Source of the DNA: Verrucomicrobiota bacterium
GTDB lineage: Bacteria > Verrucomicrobiota > Verrucomicrobiia > Opitutales > Cerasicoccaceae
Assembly: GCA_039818205.1 (NCBI GenBank)
Contig: JBCBUK010000020.1
Location: forward strand, 1 to 55,850
Length of the DNA: 55,850 nt
Direction of reading: 5' to 3'
Below the pieces are notes generated by a model. That model was not told the origin of the DNA. It ran no database searches and was given only the letters and a program-made list of their open reading frames with translations. Positions within the stretch are counted from its first letter, which is position 1. Every line of letters starts with the position of its first letter. Positions 28,017 through 39,050 of this stretch are shown here, piece after piece. The position numbers and the translations under genes were made by a program.

Positions 28017-28051
28017 AAAAAATTTTACGAAAGGATATAAGAAACAACCAA

Positions 28052-28080
28052 GCCGGAAGCCCGATTATCGGACTTCCGGC
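28052..28080 (-). terminator. Hairpin after tuf (terminator or processing signal)
   Basis: GCCGGAAGTCCGA-taa-TCGGGCTTCCGGC followed by TTGGTTGTTT on the minus strand. Confidence 0.5.
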
Positions 28081-28100
28081 AGTAGTTGTGCAAACTGTTT

Positions 28101-29291
<1,191 letters not shown>

Positions 29292-29330
29292 TTGTTCGTG
29301 TTGATGTTGAGTGGAAGAAGCGTCGACTGG

Positions 29331-29406
<76 letters not shown>

Positions 29407-29455
29407 ATATTAAAACCGTCCCTCCCGGTCGCCGGGAAAAAACGGAAAGCTGGCG

Positions 29456-29503
29456 AGATTGCTTGGGCGCGGTCTCCCCGTCAACAAAAAATAAGAAAAA
29501 AAT
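29456..29503 (-). promoter_or_regulatory. Putative sigma70 promoter of tRNA-Thr-tuf
   Basis: -35 TTGACG (29484-29479), 17-bp spacer, -10 CAATCT, A/T-tract UP-like element upstream. Confidence 0.5.
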
Positions 29504-29881
29504 TTAAGGTAATTAAAGTAGCCGGAATCCCCATCGCAAAAGGGCTCCAAGGAATACACCCCCAAAGGACGCGACTAGATCTCATTAACAGCCACAATCA
29601 AGCCGATATCTCGCCTAAGATGCCCTATCCGACGAGCAGAAGGCGAGGATTTTCTGTCCGCAATTCCAGCCCCGTACCCGTATTAAACGCCTCTCGGTGC
29701 AGCGGTTGAGCGGCAATCCGGTGCCAGTAGGAAGCCTTTGGCATCTCATGGATAGATTCCACGAAGGATGCAGGTCGCAATTTGGACATTTTTTGTCCGC
29801 GCGGTGACATGGCCGAAAAGGCGTCCATTTGTTAGAATACCAAACTAATTCTGACTCACACCCAAAATCACCCAACCCCTC

Positions 29882-30661
29882 ATGAAAAAGACAATCATCA
29901 CTTCGCTTACTGCGATATCCTGCTTCACGTTCGTAACTGCGGCCCACGGCGTCGCGGTCACAGACTGGGTTGTTACCAATGGAACGGCGACCATTACTAA
30001 CGGCTCCACCAGCTCCCCATCCTTCGACGCAATAAACCTCTCGGTCGCCGCGAACCTCGCCGCTCCGATATCCCTAAATGATGGTGAAGCCATTTCGTTC
30101 ACCGGATCAATCGGACTCAACTCGGGCGATTTCGGCGACATCCAGATTCGGGTCGGCCTCTTCGACGGACCCGCCACAGTCTCAAGCGGTTCCGGTTCTG
30201 GCTTCCAGGGCTACTGGGCATCCCTGCCGGGCTCCTTTAGTCAGCGCAATCGCTACCAAGACGGAACCGCCACCAATCCATTCTCTAGCTTCACCGGAGC
30301 GACCGACATTGGAAACGCGTTTGGCTCCCTACCGGCTTCCGCCGCCCCATCGGGTATCGACCTGGACTACGTATTTACGCTAACCCGCTCCGGCAACCTG
30401 TTTGATTTGTTCATATCCTATGACAACACGGCAAACGGAGGCACCTTCAGTGAGACCGGTTCAATCGTTGGTCTATCCAATGTGGATGCCAGCAGCTTTA
30501 CGTTCAACAGCGCTGCCCTCCTTTTCGGCGGCACCTTGACTGCGACTCAAGCCAACATTAACAACGCCGATGTCGCGGTTGTCGTCCCTGAACCATCAAC
30601 TTATGCGCTCGCATTTGGTGGATTTGTTGCAGTCGTCGCGCTTTTGCGCCGTCGCCGCTAA
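29882..30661 (+). CDS. PEP-CTERM sorting domain protein
   Basis: Signal peptide; S/T/G/N-rich body; VPEPSTYALAFGG-TM-RRRR. Confidence 0.93.
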   Translation: MKKTIITSLTAISCFTFVTAAHGVAVTDWVVTNGTATITNGSTSSPSFDAINLSVAANLAAPISLNDGEAISFTGSIGLNSGDFGDIQIRVGLFDGPATVSSGSGSGFQGYWASLPGSFSQRNRYQDGTATNPFSSFTGATDIGNAFGSLPASAAPSGIDLDYVFTLTRSGNLFDLFISYDNTANGGTFSETGSIVGLSNVDASSFTFNSAALLFGGTLTATQANINNADVAVVVPEPSTYALAFGGFVAVVALLRRRR

Positions 30662-30710
30662 GCCACTGACTCAGCACGCATAGCGTCTATTTTAGCTCCC
30701 AGAAAACATT

Positions 30711-30755
30711 AGGTGCCAGTCCGATCCCTCGGGAACCGGTTGGCACCTTTTTTTT
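30711..30755 (+). terminator. Rho-independent terminator
   Basis: AGGTGCCA...TGGCACCT followed by a T-run after the PEP-CTERM gene. Confidence 0.75.
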
Positions 30756-30761
30756 GGACGG

Positions 30762-31580
30762 CTACGGACCAATGACTACGCGGTAATATCCTTCGGCCAA
30801 GCCCCAAGATGGCGCCGCATCAACGAGAAACTGCGAGGACGCCTCATCAACGGTCTCGACGCCACTTCCGGTGACCAAAAACGGATCGCCCACCAACCCA
30901 CTTGCACCAACCGTTAGGCGCCACTCAGAAATGCCTCCGAGGTTATCGATCGACTCCTGGATTAACCCTGCGGTCACCGCCTTATGCACGAGCAGTTGTG
31001 ACTCGCCATCGCGGTAAATCTCGACCGATCCCGAGCGTGGCTCCAGGATCGAAGGCTGAGCCGACAACTGGCCAAAAGCTCCGAAGTTCCCCCCGCCACT
31101 GACTTCGAGGAGGTTGACTGGCGAGTCAACCGGCGCGACGATCTCTTCCTTTAGTGGCGGGAACTGAGACTCGCCAATAAGCAATTCGGGTGGGAGAGCC
31201 GAAAACGGCTCCGTACGCTCAACCAAGTCTTCCCAGCCCAAGTAAGCTGACGCATTGCGGCTCGTCGGCAAAAAGAGCGGCTCAAAATCCATGAGCGCCG
31301 ATTGCTCTGCGAGAACCGCGTCCTCCGCGGTGTCCTGCGCCGTGTAATAGATCTCAGGTGGGAGGAAATCCGCGGGAGAATCATGCGGGATTGAAATACT
31401 AAAGGCAAAAAAGCCTGCGATGTGCACCAACACCCCAAGCACCAAGGCCCAAACTGCGACTGGGCTTTGCGTATACCGCACCCAGAAATTCAGCTGGTGA
31501 TGCGGGGCCGACTTTACCTCCATTCCCATTATCCCGAAAAGCTTGGCTAAAGAACGCGTGCAGAGCAACTGCGCAATCAA
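30762..31580 (-). CDS. Membrane-anchored hypothetical protein, possible TonB_C-like C-terminus (start uncertain)
   Basis: One TM 'LGVLVHIAGFF', Pro-rich linker, C-term 'LTVGASG...GSGVETVDEAS'. Confidence 0.55.
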   Translation of the reverse strand: MIAQLLCTRSLAKLFGIMGMEVKSAPHHQLNFWVRYTQSPVAVWALVLGVLVHIAGFFAFSISIPHDSPADFLPPEIYYTAQDTAEDAVLAEQSALMDFEPLFLPTSRNASAYLGWEDLVERTEPFSALPPELLIGESQFPPLKEEIVAPVDSPVNLLEVSGGGNFGAFGQLSAQPSILEPRSGSVEIYRDGESQLLVHKAVTAGLIQESIDNLGGISEWRLTVGASGLVGDPFLVTGSGVETVDEASSQFLVDAAPSWGLAEGYYRVVIGP

Positions 31581-33385
31581 CGCCCCATTTGTTCACTGGC
31601 TGTGTTCTGCTGGCGGGCGATATCGTGCAGCGTCAAGATGCCGATTAGCTTCATGTCGTCTTTTTCAGAAACAACTGGGGCCTGCAAGACGTCTTCTTTA
31701 ATTAAGACTGCCGCAGCGGCCCGGATCGAAGTATCCGGAGTCAGCGAGATGATTCGGCGTTTTTCAAGAATCTCGATCAGCGGCGTCTCATTGCTCTCGG
31801 CCCTAAACTCCTCCATCTCATGGTGGCAAATCACACCGACCAACCGACCCTCCTCATCGACGACTGGGTATCCATGATGCTTGCGAGTAACCTCGTCCAG
31901 GTTGTGCTCGGCAGTCCGATCCCCTCGGACCGTTACCGCATCGTAGGTCATGATCGTTGAAACGGGCAAATTACGGTAATCCTGCGCCCCCTGGTATGCT
32001 GGCATTTTCCGCAGGTTCATGCCGTCCTGCAGGAGCAGCGAGTTGTACAGCGGGACTCTCAGCAACCGACTCGCCAGGTAGTAAGAAATCATGTTCCCAG
32101 CCATGAGCGGCAGAATGAGCGCATAGTTTCTGGTCATCTCGAAAATGATGAGCAATGAGGTGAATGGGCACCGAACGATCGATGCAAAGAGCGCCCCCAT
32201 CCCCAACAATACACAGGCACCGATGACCTGATTGGTCTCCGGAAGGTTGAAGACACCGGTGTTCTCGTTGAGCGAGACCAAGCCAAATCCAATGATGCCG
32301 CCGAGCATCCCCCCCAGAAACAAAGTCGGCGAAAAGAGCCCTCCAGACCCCCCGGAAGCGTAACAGATGATCACCGCAAACATCTTCAGGAGGAACAGGA
32401 CCAACATAACCACGACCACAAGGTTTGCTTCAAAGGCCTCGGTAAGACTTTCGTATCCAATCGAGAAAGCACCACTTTGTGGTTCACCGTAGAGTCCAGT
32501 GTAGTACCAGGCGGCGAGACCAATGATCCCCATGGCAAATCCGCCAGCCGCGGGGCGTAGCCAAACTGGCATCCGACTCAGCTTCACCTGTCCACGGGTC
32601 CACAACAAGGACTTCACGAAGCCGTGGCCAATGATGCCACTGAACAATCCAATCGGAATCGCCACGAGCATCCACCAATCGGTATTGAAGTCCTGGTGAA
32701 TATTCACAGTCAAGACCGGGTCTTCACCAAGAATCACACGCGAGACCGCAGCCGCAATCACCACGGCAATCACAATACCGCCAAGGGCCTTGGTCGAGAA
32801 ATCGTCTAGCAGCTCCTCAAAAACGAAGGTAATCGCGGACAAAGGCGCGTTAAAGGCAGCCGCAATCCCCGCGGCCATCCCGACAGGAACCAGCGCTTGG
32901 ATGCGCACCTTGGCCAATCCAAATACCTGACCAATCCAGGAAGCAATGGCGGCACACATGTGCACGGTTGGCCCTTCTCGGCCCAGGCTGTTGCCCAACC
33001 CAACATAAATGGTCCCAAGAACGAAACGCCAAAGGCCGTCCTGAAGCCTAATAACTCCAAAATCGTTGTAGAAGGCCGACTTGGTTTGTGGAATACCGCT
33101 TCCCACTGCGTTCGGAGCGAAGCGGTGAAGGATGATACCAACCAACAGGCCACCGATCGCGGGTGCGAGTCCCAGGATCAACGGGAAGAACCACCATTTT
33201 CGTTCCTGCGCCGATTCGGCAAAATGAAACAGCCAATGAAATAGGCCATGGATAGAGAGGTGAAACAGCACAGCAGCCAGACCGCAAAGAACGCCAGCCA
33301 GCGTGCACAGAATCATGAAGCGCTGCCCATCAGTAAAACGGGCCCGCATCCAATCGGGCAAATTTGCTAGCCAGGATTTTGCCAT
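31577..33385 (-). CDS. ClC chloride channel/antiporter with CBS pair
   Basis: GSGIP, GREGPT, FEEL, GGLFSP, PLY; C-terminal CBS (YPVVD, IGILT). Confidence 0.93.
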   Translation of the reverse strand: MAKSWLANLPDWMRARFTDGQRFMILCTLAGVLCGLAAVLFHLSIHGLFHWLFHFAESAQERKWWFFPLILGLAPAIGGLLVGIILHRFAPNAVGSGIPQTKSAFYNDFGVIRLQDGLWRFVLGTIYVGLGNSLGREGPTVHMCAAIASWIGQVFGLAKVRIQALVPVGMAAGIAAAFNAPLSAITFVFEELLDDFSTKALGGIVIAVVIAAAVSRVILGEDPVLTVNIHQDFNTDWWMLVAIPIGLFSGIIGHGFVKSLLWTRGQVKLSRMPVWLRPAAGGFAMGIIGLAAWYYTGLYGEPQSGAFSIGYESLTEAFEANLVVVVMLVLFLLKMFAVIICYASGGSGGLFSPTLFLGGMLGGIIGFGLVSLNENTGVFNLPETNQVIGACVLLGMGALFASIVRCPFTSLLIIFEMTRNYALILPLMAGNMISYYLASRLLRVPLYNSLLLQDGMNLRKMPAYQGAQDYRNLPVSTIMTYDAVTVRGDRTAEHNLDEVTRKHHGYPVVDEEGRLVGVICHHEMEEFRAESNETPLIEILEKRRIISLTPDTSIRAAAAVLIKEDVLQAPVVSEKDDMKLIGILTLHDIARQQNTASEQMGR

Positions 33386-33388
33386 CGA

Positions 33389-34810
33389 CTACTTCGCCGG
33401 CTCCTCACAATCGTCCACGCACATGACGCGCAGGAAGTTTAACGCCAAGGCCTCATACAGAGCCGTCCGGCAAATTAATCGCGACACTTCATAGGCAAGC
33501 ATCGCCGTCAGGGCCAGAGGCAGCGCAAACATCACGCAGCCCGTCATCTCCAGCAAAATGATAAAGGACGTCATCGGGCTTTGAACCACCCCGGAAAAAT
33601 AGGCCACGATGAAAAGAAGAATGACCGCCTGCATCGTCGCGCCGCTCCATTCAAAACAGGGAAACAGCGTATGCCCCAATCCGGCGCCGATCGAAAAGGA
33701 AGGATCGAACAAACCACCGGGAATTGCGGTTAGCAATACGAGGAAACTCGCGATCGCACGCCACAAGAAATAGAAAGGCGTTACCCGTTCTCGTGCCAGC
33801 TCCAGACGATCCTGCTGATCGGCTGGCAACGTTTCAGCAAATCCGGGACTCCCTTCTAACAGCAGAGCGCGCGCCTCGCCATAGCCACTACCAAGAGTTG
33901 CGCCTTGGGTGGCGAAGGCCAGCGTCGCGCACAATAGCCCAATGATTCCGGCAGTGATCACAAAATTCTTCCGAATGGCCCGAGTCACGTACGGAATGCA
34001 GGCGAGCAAGGTGCGTGAAAAACCACCGCCAAGAAAACCACCAATTACCGCAATTATCGGTACAATGAGCCACTGATTGAAAGTGGTAAACTGAAGCGGT
34101 TCCCGACCATGATCCAAATCGCCATAGAAATAGTAATTCCCGACCACGGCCACACACACCACACAGGCGACAAGAACCGTGCGGACCAAGGTGCCCATGT
34201 TTTCCTTGTCGAAGCGGCGCCCGATTTCCTCCATTGCGAAAACAACCCCGGCAACCGGCGCATTGAAGGCAGCCGCAATACCAGCCGCGCCTCCCCCCAG
34301 AATCAAACCTCGCTGAACTAAATGCGCCGGGAACGTCGCAAAACGATTCGCGCAGCGCATGAAGCACGCACCCAGCTGAACCGATGGCCCTTCCCGCCCG
34401 ATCGACAAAAACGCCAACAAGCCGAGAGTCGTCAATATCAACTTCCCAACGGCGATCTTGAGGGAGAGCACTTGGTCGCGAACCTTGCTCTCGCGTAACT
34501 TCAGCGCAGCGATGGTTTGCGGAATGCCCGTACCGTCGGTGCCACAAAAATATTTATCCCGCAAGAATATGATGAGAATCAAAAAGCTAGGCATCACGAC
34601 AAACGAGAGCCACGGCTGGTCGTTGTGCCAGTCTCGCATGACGCGGCCGGCAAAAATTTCGACGCCAACAAAATACAACGCTCCTAGGCCCGCAAAAATG
34701 GACCCAATGAAAACAACCAAGTAACCACGCCAAGCATCCGCACTGAATAGCGCTCTGCGCCAATCAGTTTGCTCTTCCTCCGGCGTAGCATTGGATTCCG
34801 TGGCAGCCAT
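33389..34810 (-). CDS. ClC chloride channel/antiporter without CBS
   Basis: GTGIP, GREGPS, MEEI, GGLFDP, ALY. Confidence 0.92.
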   Translation of the reverse strand: MAATESNATPEEEQTDWRRALFSADAWRGYLVVFIGSIFAGLGALYFVGVEIFAGRVMRDWHNDQPWLSFVVMPSFLILIIFLRDKYFCGTDGTGIPQTIAALKLRESKVRDQVLSLKIAVGKLILTTLGLLAFLSIGREGPSVQLGACFMRCANRFATFPAHLVQRGLILGGGAAGIAAAFNAPVAGVVFAMEEIGRRFDKENMGTLVRTVLVACVVCVAVVGNYYFYGDLDHGREPLQFTTFNQWLIVPIIAVIGGFLGGGFSRTLLACIPYVTRAIRKNFVITAGIIGLLCATLAFATQGATLGSGYGEARALLLEGSPGFAETLPADQQDRLELARERVTPFYFLWRAIASFLVLLTAIPGGLFDPSFSIGAGLGHTLFPCFEWSGATMQAVILLFIVAYFSGVVQSPMTSFIILLEMTGCVMFALPLALTAMLAYEVSRLICRTALYEALALNFLRVMCVDDCEEPAK

Positions 34811-35074
34811 CTTGATCTCAGCGTGCCGACTGTTACCCGTCCCTCGCCCGCTGTCAAAATCAATTCCGCGTGCCTGTTCGGTACCGATTAAACACTTTGC
34901 GCATCAATCGGTTAACACACGGCACCGCCCGTTCTTGAATCCTTACCCCAGCAGCCATGATTTCACCGCGAGCCACCAGTCGCATTTTTCTCAAAAAAAC
35001 GCTTGGCTTTATTCCCAAGCGGTCTACAACTGTGCGTTTTTCCGATCGCGGCCTCCGGGTCAAGTCGAACCAAC

Positions 35075-35161
35075 GGTGGGATATGCAAGCGGCCAAAGCA
35101 CGCAGACTGTAAATCTGTTCCGGTAATCGGTTCGCGCGTTCGAATCGCGCTCCCACCACCA
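35075..35161 (+). tRNA. tRNA-Tyr (GTA)
   Basis: GGTGGGA...GCAGA-CTGTAAA-TCTGT, long variable arm, GCGCG-TTCGAAT-CGCGC, TCCCACC-A-CCA. Confidence 0.96.
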
Positions 35162-35185
35162 TTACAATGCGGCGCAAGCCGCATG

Positions 35186-35219
35186 AAAAAAGGGCCTCCT
35201 TACAGTCAGGCCCTTTTTT
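35186..35219 (+). terminator. Terminator after tRNA-Tyr
   Basis: AAAAAAGGGCCT-ccttacagtc-AGGCCCTTTTTT. Confidence 0.85.
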
Positions 35220-35775
35220 GTGTACTTTTGCGGAGAATCGATGAAGACTGACCGAGAACTTTCGCCTAGGGTCAGCAGGGGAAAGACTCATCGGACTTGT
35301 GTTGTCGAACAATTGACTCTGGGCAACCGACGCCAGCTACAAAGAGGTTCCCAAGAGGAACCCTGGAAGTTGAGGGTGTTGGACAATTAAGGCTCTGATT
35401 CTCGCCTACCCATACGAACCACCGAAGCGATTCGCTGTAAGCGTGAACGCCTCTCTCTTCGGCCCACTGCAGGGCAGATACACTTCGATCGTTAAAAGTA
35501 ATGGATTGGGAGTATGAACAACCTAAAGGATTTTACAGATAGCCCCTAAGTTCATTCAATTAGATAAGTAAAAAACTTCAGAAAAAAGCCCTCAAATCTT
35601 TGTGTTTTTACTTAACAAAGGCTATCTTCCAGCGATAAGAGATCAACCGCCGTTCCTCTCTACTGGGTCGAATTCCCAAACCGCACCCTCCAAGCAAACA
35701 TATCACTAAAGAACGACGCCCAATGTCTAGGACACGTCCTATGGCGGGGGTTACCGTATGCATCGATCCTCAATC

Positions 35776-37134
35776 ATGCCACCAAAATCGAAGCCGCGAT
35801 TTCAAAAGCCGAGCCCATCGATTTCCGAAACGAAAGTTCTGATTCTCGATGACGAGATTTCAAGCCTTCAGGTTTACTCGTTTCTATTGGAGAAGCTTGG
35901 CTACGAGCCGATATCTTGCACAAACCTCGAGGAAGCAATCGATCAATTCAACAAGCTTCGTCCAGATGCGGTTGTCACTGACTTCAAACTCAAGGAAGGA
36001 ACTTCGCTTCCCCTGATTCGCCACATACATAATGAAGCCCCTGAAACGCCAATCGTAGTTGTCTCCGGATTTGTGACCGAGATTGATGCTGATCAACTTT
36101 CAAATTCGGGCGCTAACGAGATCCTTTCAAAATCCCAGCCCATTGATCAGATCATTGACAAGCTGCAGGGGATCATTCCAGACAAGAACAACACTTCAGA
36201 ATCTACAAACGGCCACCAGCGAGCCGCTGAACAATCTAATGGCCGCCTACCTCGAGCCCTACTTTCGCATATTGATTGGAAAGGACGATCAGATCACTGG
36301 GGCCAAAGCCGTGATTCACTTCGCCGCCTTTCTGCTGAGCGTTGTCCGGTATTGTTCCAAGCGCCCAAGGGCTCCGAAGTCGATGTGCTGATCAATTCGC
36401 TCGAAAAAGATCAGCTAGCTGAAGGCGGGTCGATCCTAGAGTATCATGCAAAAGATGTAACTGCGTCCACTCTGTCCGAGATTGAAGACGTGGTTTTTCA
36501 ACCAACGGCCACAAAACTGGTAGTTCATTTCGCGGTCCTTGAGCAGCTCTCGCTGGATCTCCAAAGAAGCCTTTCGGACTTTCTTATCCTTCTGGGCCGG
36601 ACTCGATGGAGGCAAAACCTGCCCCGTTTCATCTTCAGTATTCAAGACGACATTGATGAACTGGTTTCGGAAGAACAACTAGACTCCCGGCTCACTCGTC
36701 TGATCGGGCGAGAACGCATTACCCTACCGTCGCTAGATGAACGACGCGAGGACGTTCCCTTCTTAGCAGACGCAATCTGTGTCGCGGAACTGGGAAAAGA
36801 TGTCGCCGACGGGAAGGAGCGCTTAACGCAGGAGGCTCAGCAGGCCCTCATGTCATACTCGTGGCCCGGAAACTTCGATGAGCTCGTCTCAACGGTTCAG
36901 CACGTATGCTCCACTCATGACGACCTACCAATCGGTGCGAGCACGATAAGGTCGTGCATGAAGACCTCCGACCGCAAGCCAATTGAGGTTGGGAGCATCT
37001 ACAATACAATCAGCGTCTCAGTAGTGACGAGCTGTCTCGATGAGATCCGGAGAAGACTCAACGAAAACTCGGTAAAATCACCCGGCGGCCAAGCGACGAC
37101 CTCCATCGACCTTTCGAAATACGTCTCTATCTGA
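35776..37134 (+). CDS. Response regulator with degenerate sigma54-activator (NtrC-like) AAA+ domain
   Basis: REC (ILDDE, VTDF, VSG, LSK); LPSLDERREDVP and YSWPGNFDEL retained; Walker A/B degenerate, no GAFTGA. Confidence 0.8.
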   Translation: MPPKSKPRFQKPSPSISETKVLILDDEISSLQVYSFLLEKLGYEPISCTNLEEAIDQFNKLRPDAVVTDFKLKEGTSLPLIRHIHNEAPETPIVVVSGFVTEIDADQLSNSGANEILSKSQPIDQIIDKLQGIIPDKNNTSESTNGHQRAAEQSNGRLPRALLSHIDWKGRSDHWGQSRDSLRRLSAERCPVLFQAPKGSEVDVLINSLEKDQLAEGGSILEYHAKDVTASTLSEIEDVVFQPTATKLVVHFAVLEQLSLDLQRSLSDFLILLGRTRWRQNLPRFIFSIQDDIDELVSEEQLDSRLTRLIGRERITLPSLDERREDVPFLADAICVAELGKDVADGKERLTQEAQQALMSYSWPGNFDELVSTVQHVCSTHDDLPIGASTIRSCMKTSDRKPIEVGSIYNTISVSVVTSCLDEIRRRLNENSVKSPGGQATTSIDLSKYVSI

Positions 37135-37154
37135 GCCAAAAACAATACAAGGTT

Positions 37155-37838
37155 ATGAAATTTGCAGCTCTCAATCGTAGGTTCCACTGGAGAAAAAAAC
37201 TGAGCCGCAAGAATTTCAGCTGGCCGTTGTTAACGGGCAACCGTGCCTTAGCGTGCAACCCAGAGGAGCTGCCAAATGAGCTCGAAGGAAACGTTCCAGA
37301 CTTTCGCCTAGAGGACTCGCTGGGCCGGCAAACACCCATTGGTCTGAATGAGCAAGATCTATTGATCGCGCTGAACCGTGGCAATCTGAGAGCGCTTCAA
37401 CGCTTTCCAGGAATCGGACCGAAGATCTCTGAGAACATACAGGCCTACCGCGGCGAAAACAAAATAATCAGTAGCCTCGATGAGCTGATTCAAGTTCCTC
37501 TCATTGGCCAATACCGATTCAAGAGCTTGGTTGGTCGCGATTCAACGTTTCATACCCATAGGCTCCATGCACTGCTGAGGATCAACCTAGAAAAGAGCAT
37601 CACTAGAAGCGTATTCCCAGTTCTCTGGCCAGCCCCAGGGTTAGCGCGGATCAGTCTAGTTTCACACGATGCCCTCAGGGCCGAGAAGGATCTCGCAGAG
37701 CGAAACAACCACGTCGCTATCGTCCGAAACGTTGGTGAAGAGAGGTTAGTTTTCCACCGAACCTCAAATGCCCCTCAAGCTTGGGCAAGCGTCCTAATTA
37801 AAGAACTGCCACGCGCACTTCGAAAGATCCAAAAATGA
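37155..37838 (+). CDS. Helix-hairpin-helix (ComEA-like) domain protein
   Basis: LNRGNLRALQRFPGIGPKISENI..YR....SSLDELIQVPLIG; stop overlaps ferredoxin ATG (ATGA). Confidence 0.75.
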   Translation: MKFAALNRRFHWRKKLSRKNFSWPLLTGNRALACNPEELPNELEGNVPDFRLEDSLGRQTPIGLNEQDLLIALNRGNLRALQRFPGIGPKISENIQAYRGENKIISSLDELIQVPLIGQYRFKSLVGRDSTFHTHRLHALLRINLEKSITRSVFPVLWPAPGLARISLVSHDALRAEKDLAERNNHVAIVRNVGEERLVFHRTSNAPQAWASVLIKELPRALRKIQK

Positions 37839-38311
37839 AAGATGTAGTCCTACAACCAATCAACGAGCGCGTTAGTATCGAAACCAACGCACGAATCCTT
37901 GATTCTCTTTTGGCTAAAGAGTGTCCGGTAATGATGGCCTGTGGCGGCCAAGGTGTATGCGCAACTTGCCATGTTTACGTAGGCAAAGGAAGCGAATCTC
38001 TCACGCCGATGACAGAGCGCGAAAAGAAAACACTCTCTAGACTATCGGGAGTGAAAGCCAGCAGTCGACTCTCCTGCCAATGCCGCATTGTCGGTGAAGG
38101 CGTGGAAGTCGTTCTTCCCGAGGGTATGTATGTTAAATCATTTGATGAGCTGGAGGCGCTTATCGGCCAGCGATCAAATGTTCCCATCCTTCACCCAATC
38201 GATGGACGCGTCCTTATAAAGGAGAAAAAAATTATTACCCGCTCCAAAATCATGGAGCTAAAAGATGTCGATTTCGACGTACAATCCGTTGACTCAGAAA
38301 AGGCCAAATAG
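37835..38311 (+). CDS. 2Fe-2S ferredoxin with C-terminal extension (Slr0148/Fd5-like)
   Basis: CGGQGVCATCH...RLSCQ; extension LPEGMYV..LIG..ILHPIDGRVL..KIITRS. Confidence 0.9.
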   Translation: MKDVVLQPINERVSIETNARILDSLLAKECPVMMACGGQGVCATCHVYVGKGSESLTPMTEREKKTLSRLSGVKASSRLSCQCRIVGEGVEVVLPEGMYVKSFDELEALIGQRSNVPILHPIDGRVLIKEKKIITRSKIMELKDVDFDVQSVDSEKAK

Positions 38312-38332
38312 AGCCGCAAATCCAAAACTATC

Positions 38333-39031
38333 ATGGATAACAATAAACCAGACCCCAAAAACGAAATTCCGATCTCCGTACAAGACGGCGACTACCACAA
38401 TGACGGCCGCATGCACAACTACTACATGCGTGACACATACGTGAACCATCAGCCCAACCGAGGAAGCGTTTACCTTCGAACCGGAAACCGTGCAATCTGC
38501 GCAAACGAAGATCTCGTCGTATCTCTCCACTCAGGCCTAGAAGAAGAGGTCGATGACGCAGCGAACTTAATCATGTATAAGTGCGGTCAACAATGGGCAT
38601 TGAGCGACATGAAGAAGTTCAATGATCGGATGCGACACGAATTCGGTGGTGGAAAGCTAGACATCTGGCAGATGAAAATGCGATTCGTATTCGAGAGCTG
38701 GTGGTGGCCACTAACCGCTGAGGGTTGGGGAGGCTGGACACTCGACATGAGTTTTCACGAGAAGGACATTATCTTTGTCGAGATTCGTAATAGTGCCGTT
38801 GCCCAGGCGATGGAAGCCGTTGGGAAACCAGTCTGCCACCTCTACGCGGGACTTTTCTCCGGGGCATTTAGTTACTTCAAACGAAACTCACAGGAGTCAA
38901 TCGAAGTCCAATGCTATGCGATGGGGAATGATTGCTGCAAGTTCATGGTTGGTCATGAAAAACAAGTGAATGCTGCTGAATTCTGGCGGCAGGAAGGTGC
39001 ATCGGCCAACGAAATTCGCGAACGTCTATAA
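38333..39031 (+). CDS. V4R domain protein
   Basis: MYKCGQQW, WWWPLTAEGWG, KPVCHLYAGLFSG, IEVQCYAMGNDCCKF. Confidence 0.88.
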   Translation: MDNNKPDPKNEIPISVQDGDYHNDGRMHNYYMRDTYVNHQPNRGSVYLRTGNRAICANEDLVVSLHSGLEEEVDDAANLIMYKCGQQWALSDMKKFNDRMRHEFGGGKLDIWQMKMRFVFESWWWPLTAEGWGGWTLDMSFHEKDIIFVEIRNSAVAQAMEAVGKPVCHLYAGLFSGAFSYFKRNSQESIEVQCYAMGNDCCKFMVGHEKQVNAAEFWRQEGASANEIRERL

Positions 39032-39050
39032 CGCTTACCCCTTTATTGTT

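Noticed and set aside
31577..34810. Fluoride-specific CLC-F
   Set aside because: GREGP and G(S/T)GIP present rather than the GREGT/GNNLI-type signature
34860..35312. 150-aa minus-strand ORF
   Set aside because: Overlaps tRNA-Tyr and its terminator
35565..35614. 10-bp inverted repeat TAAGTAAAAA/TTTTTACTTA upstream of the island operon
   Set aside because: Low complexity and AT-rich; may be chance
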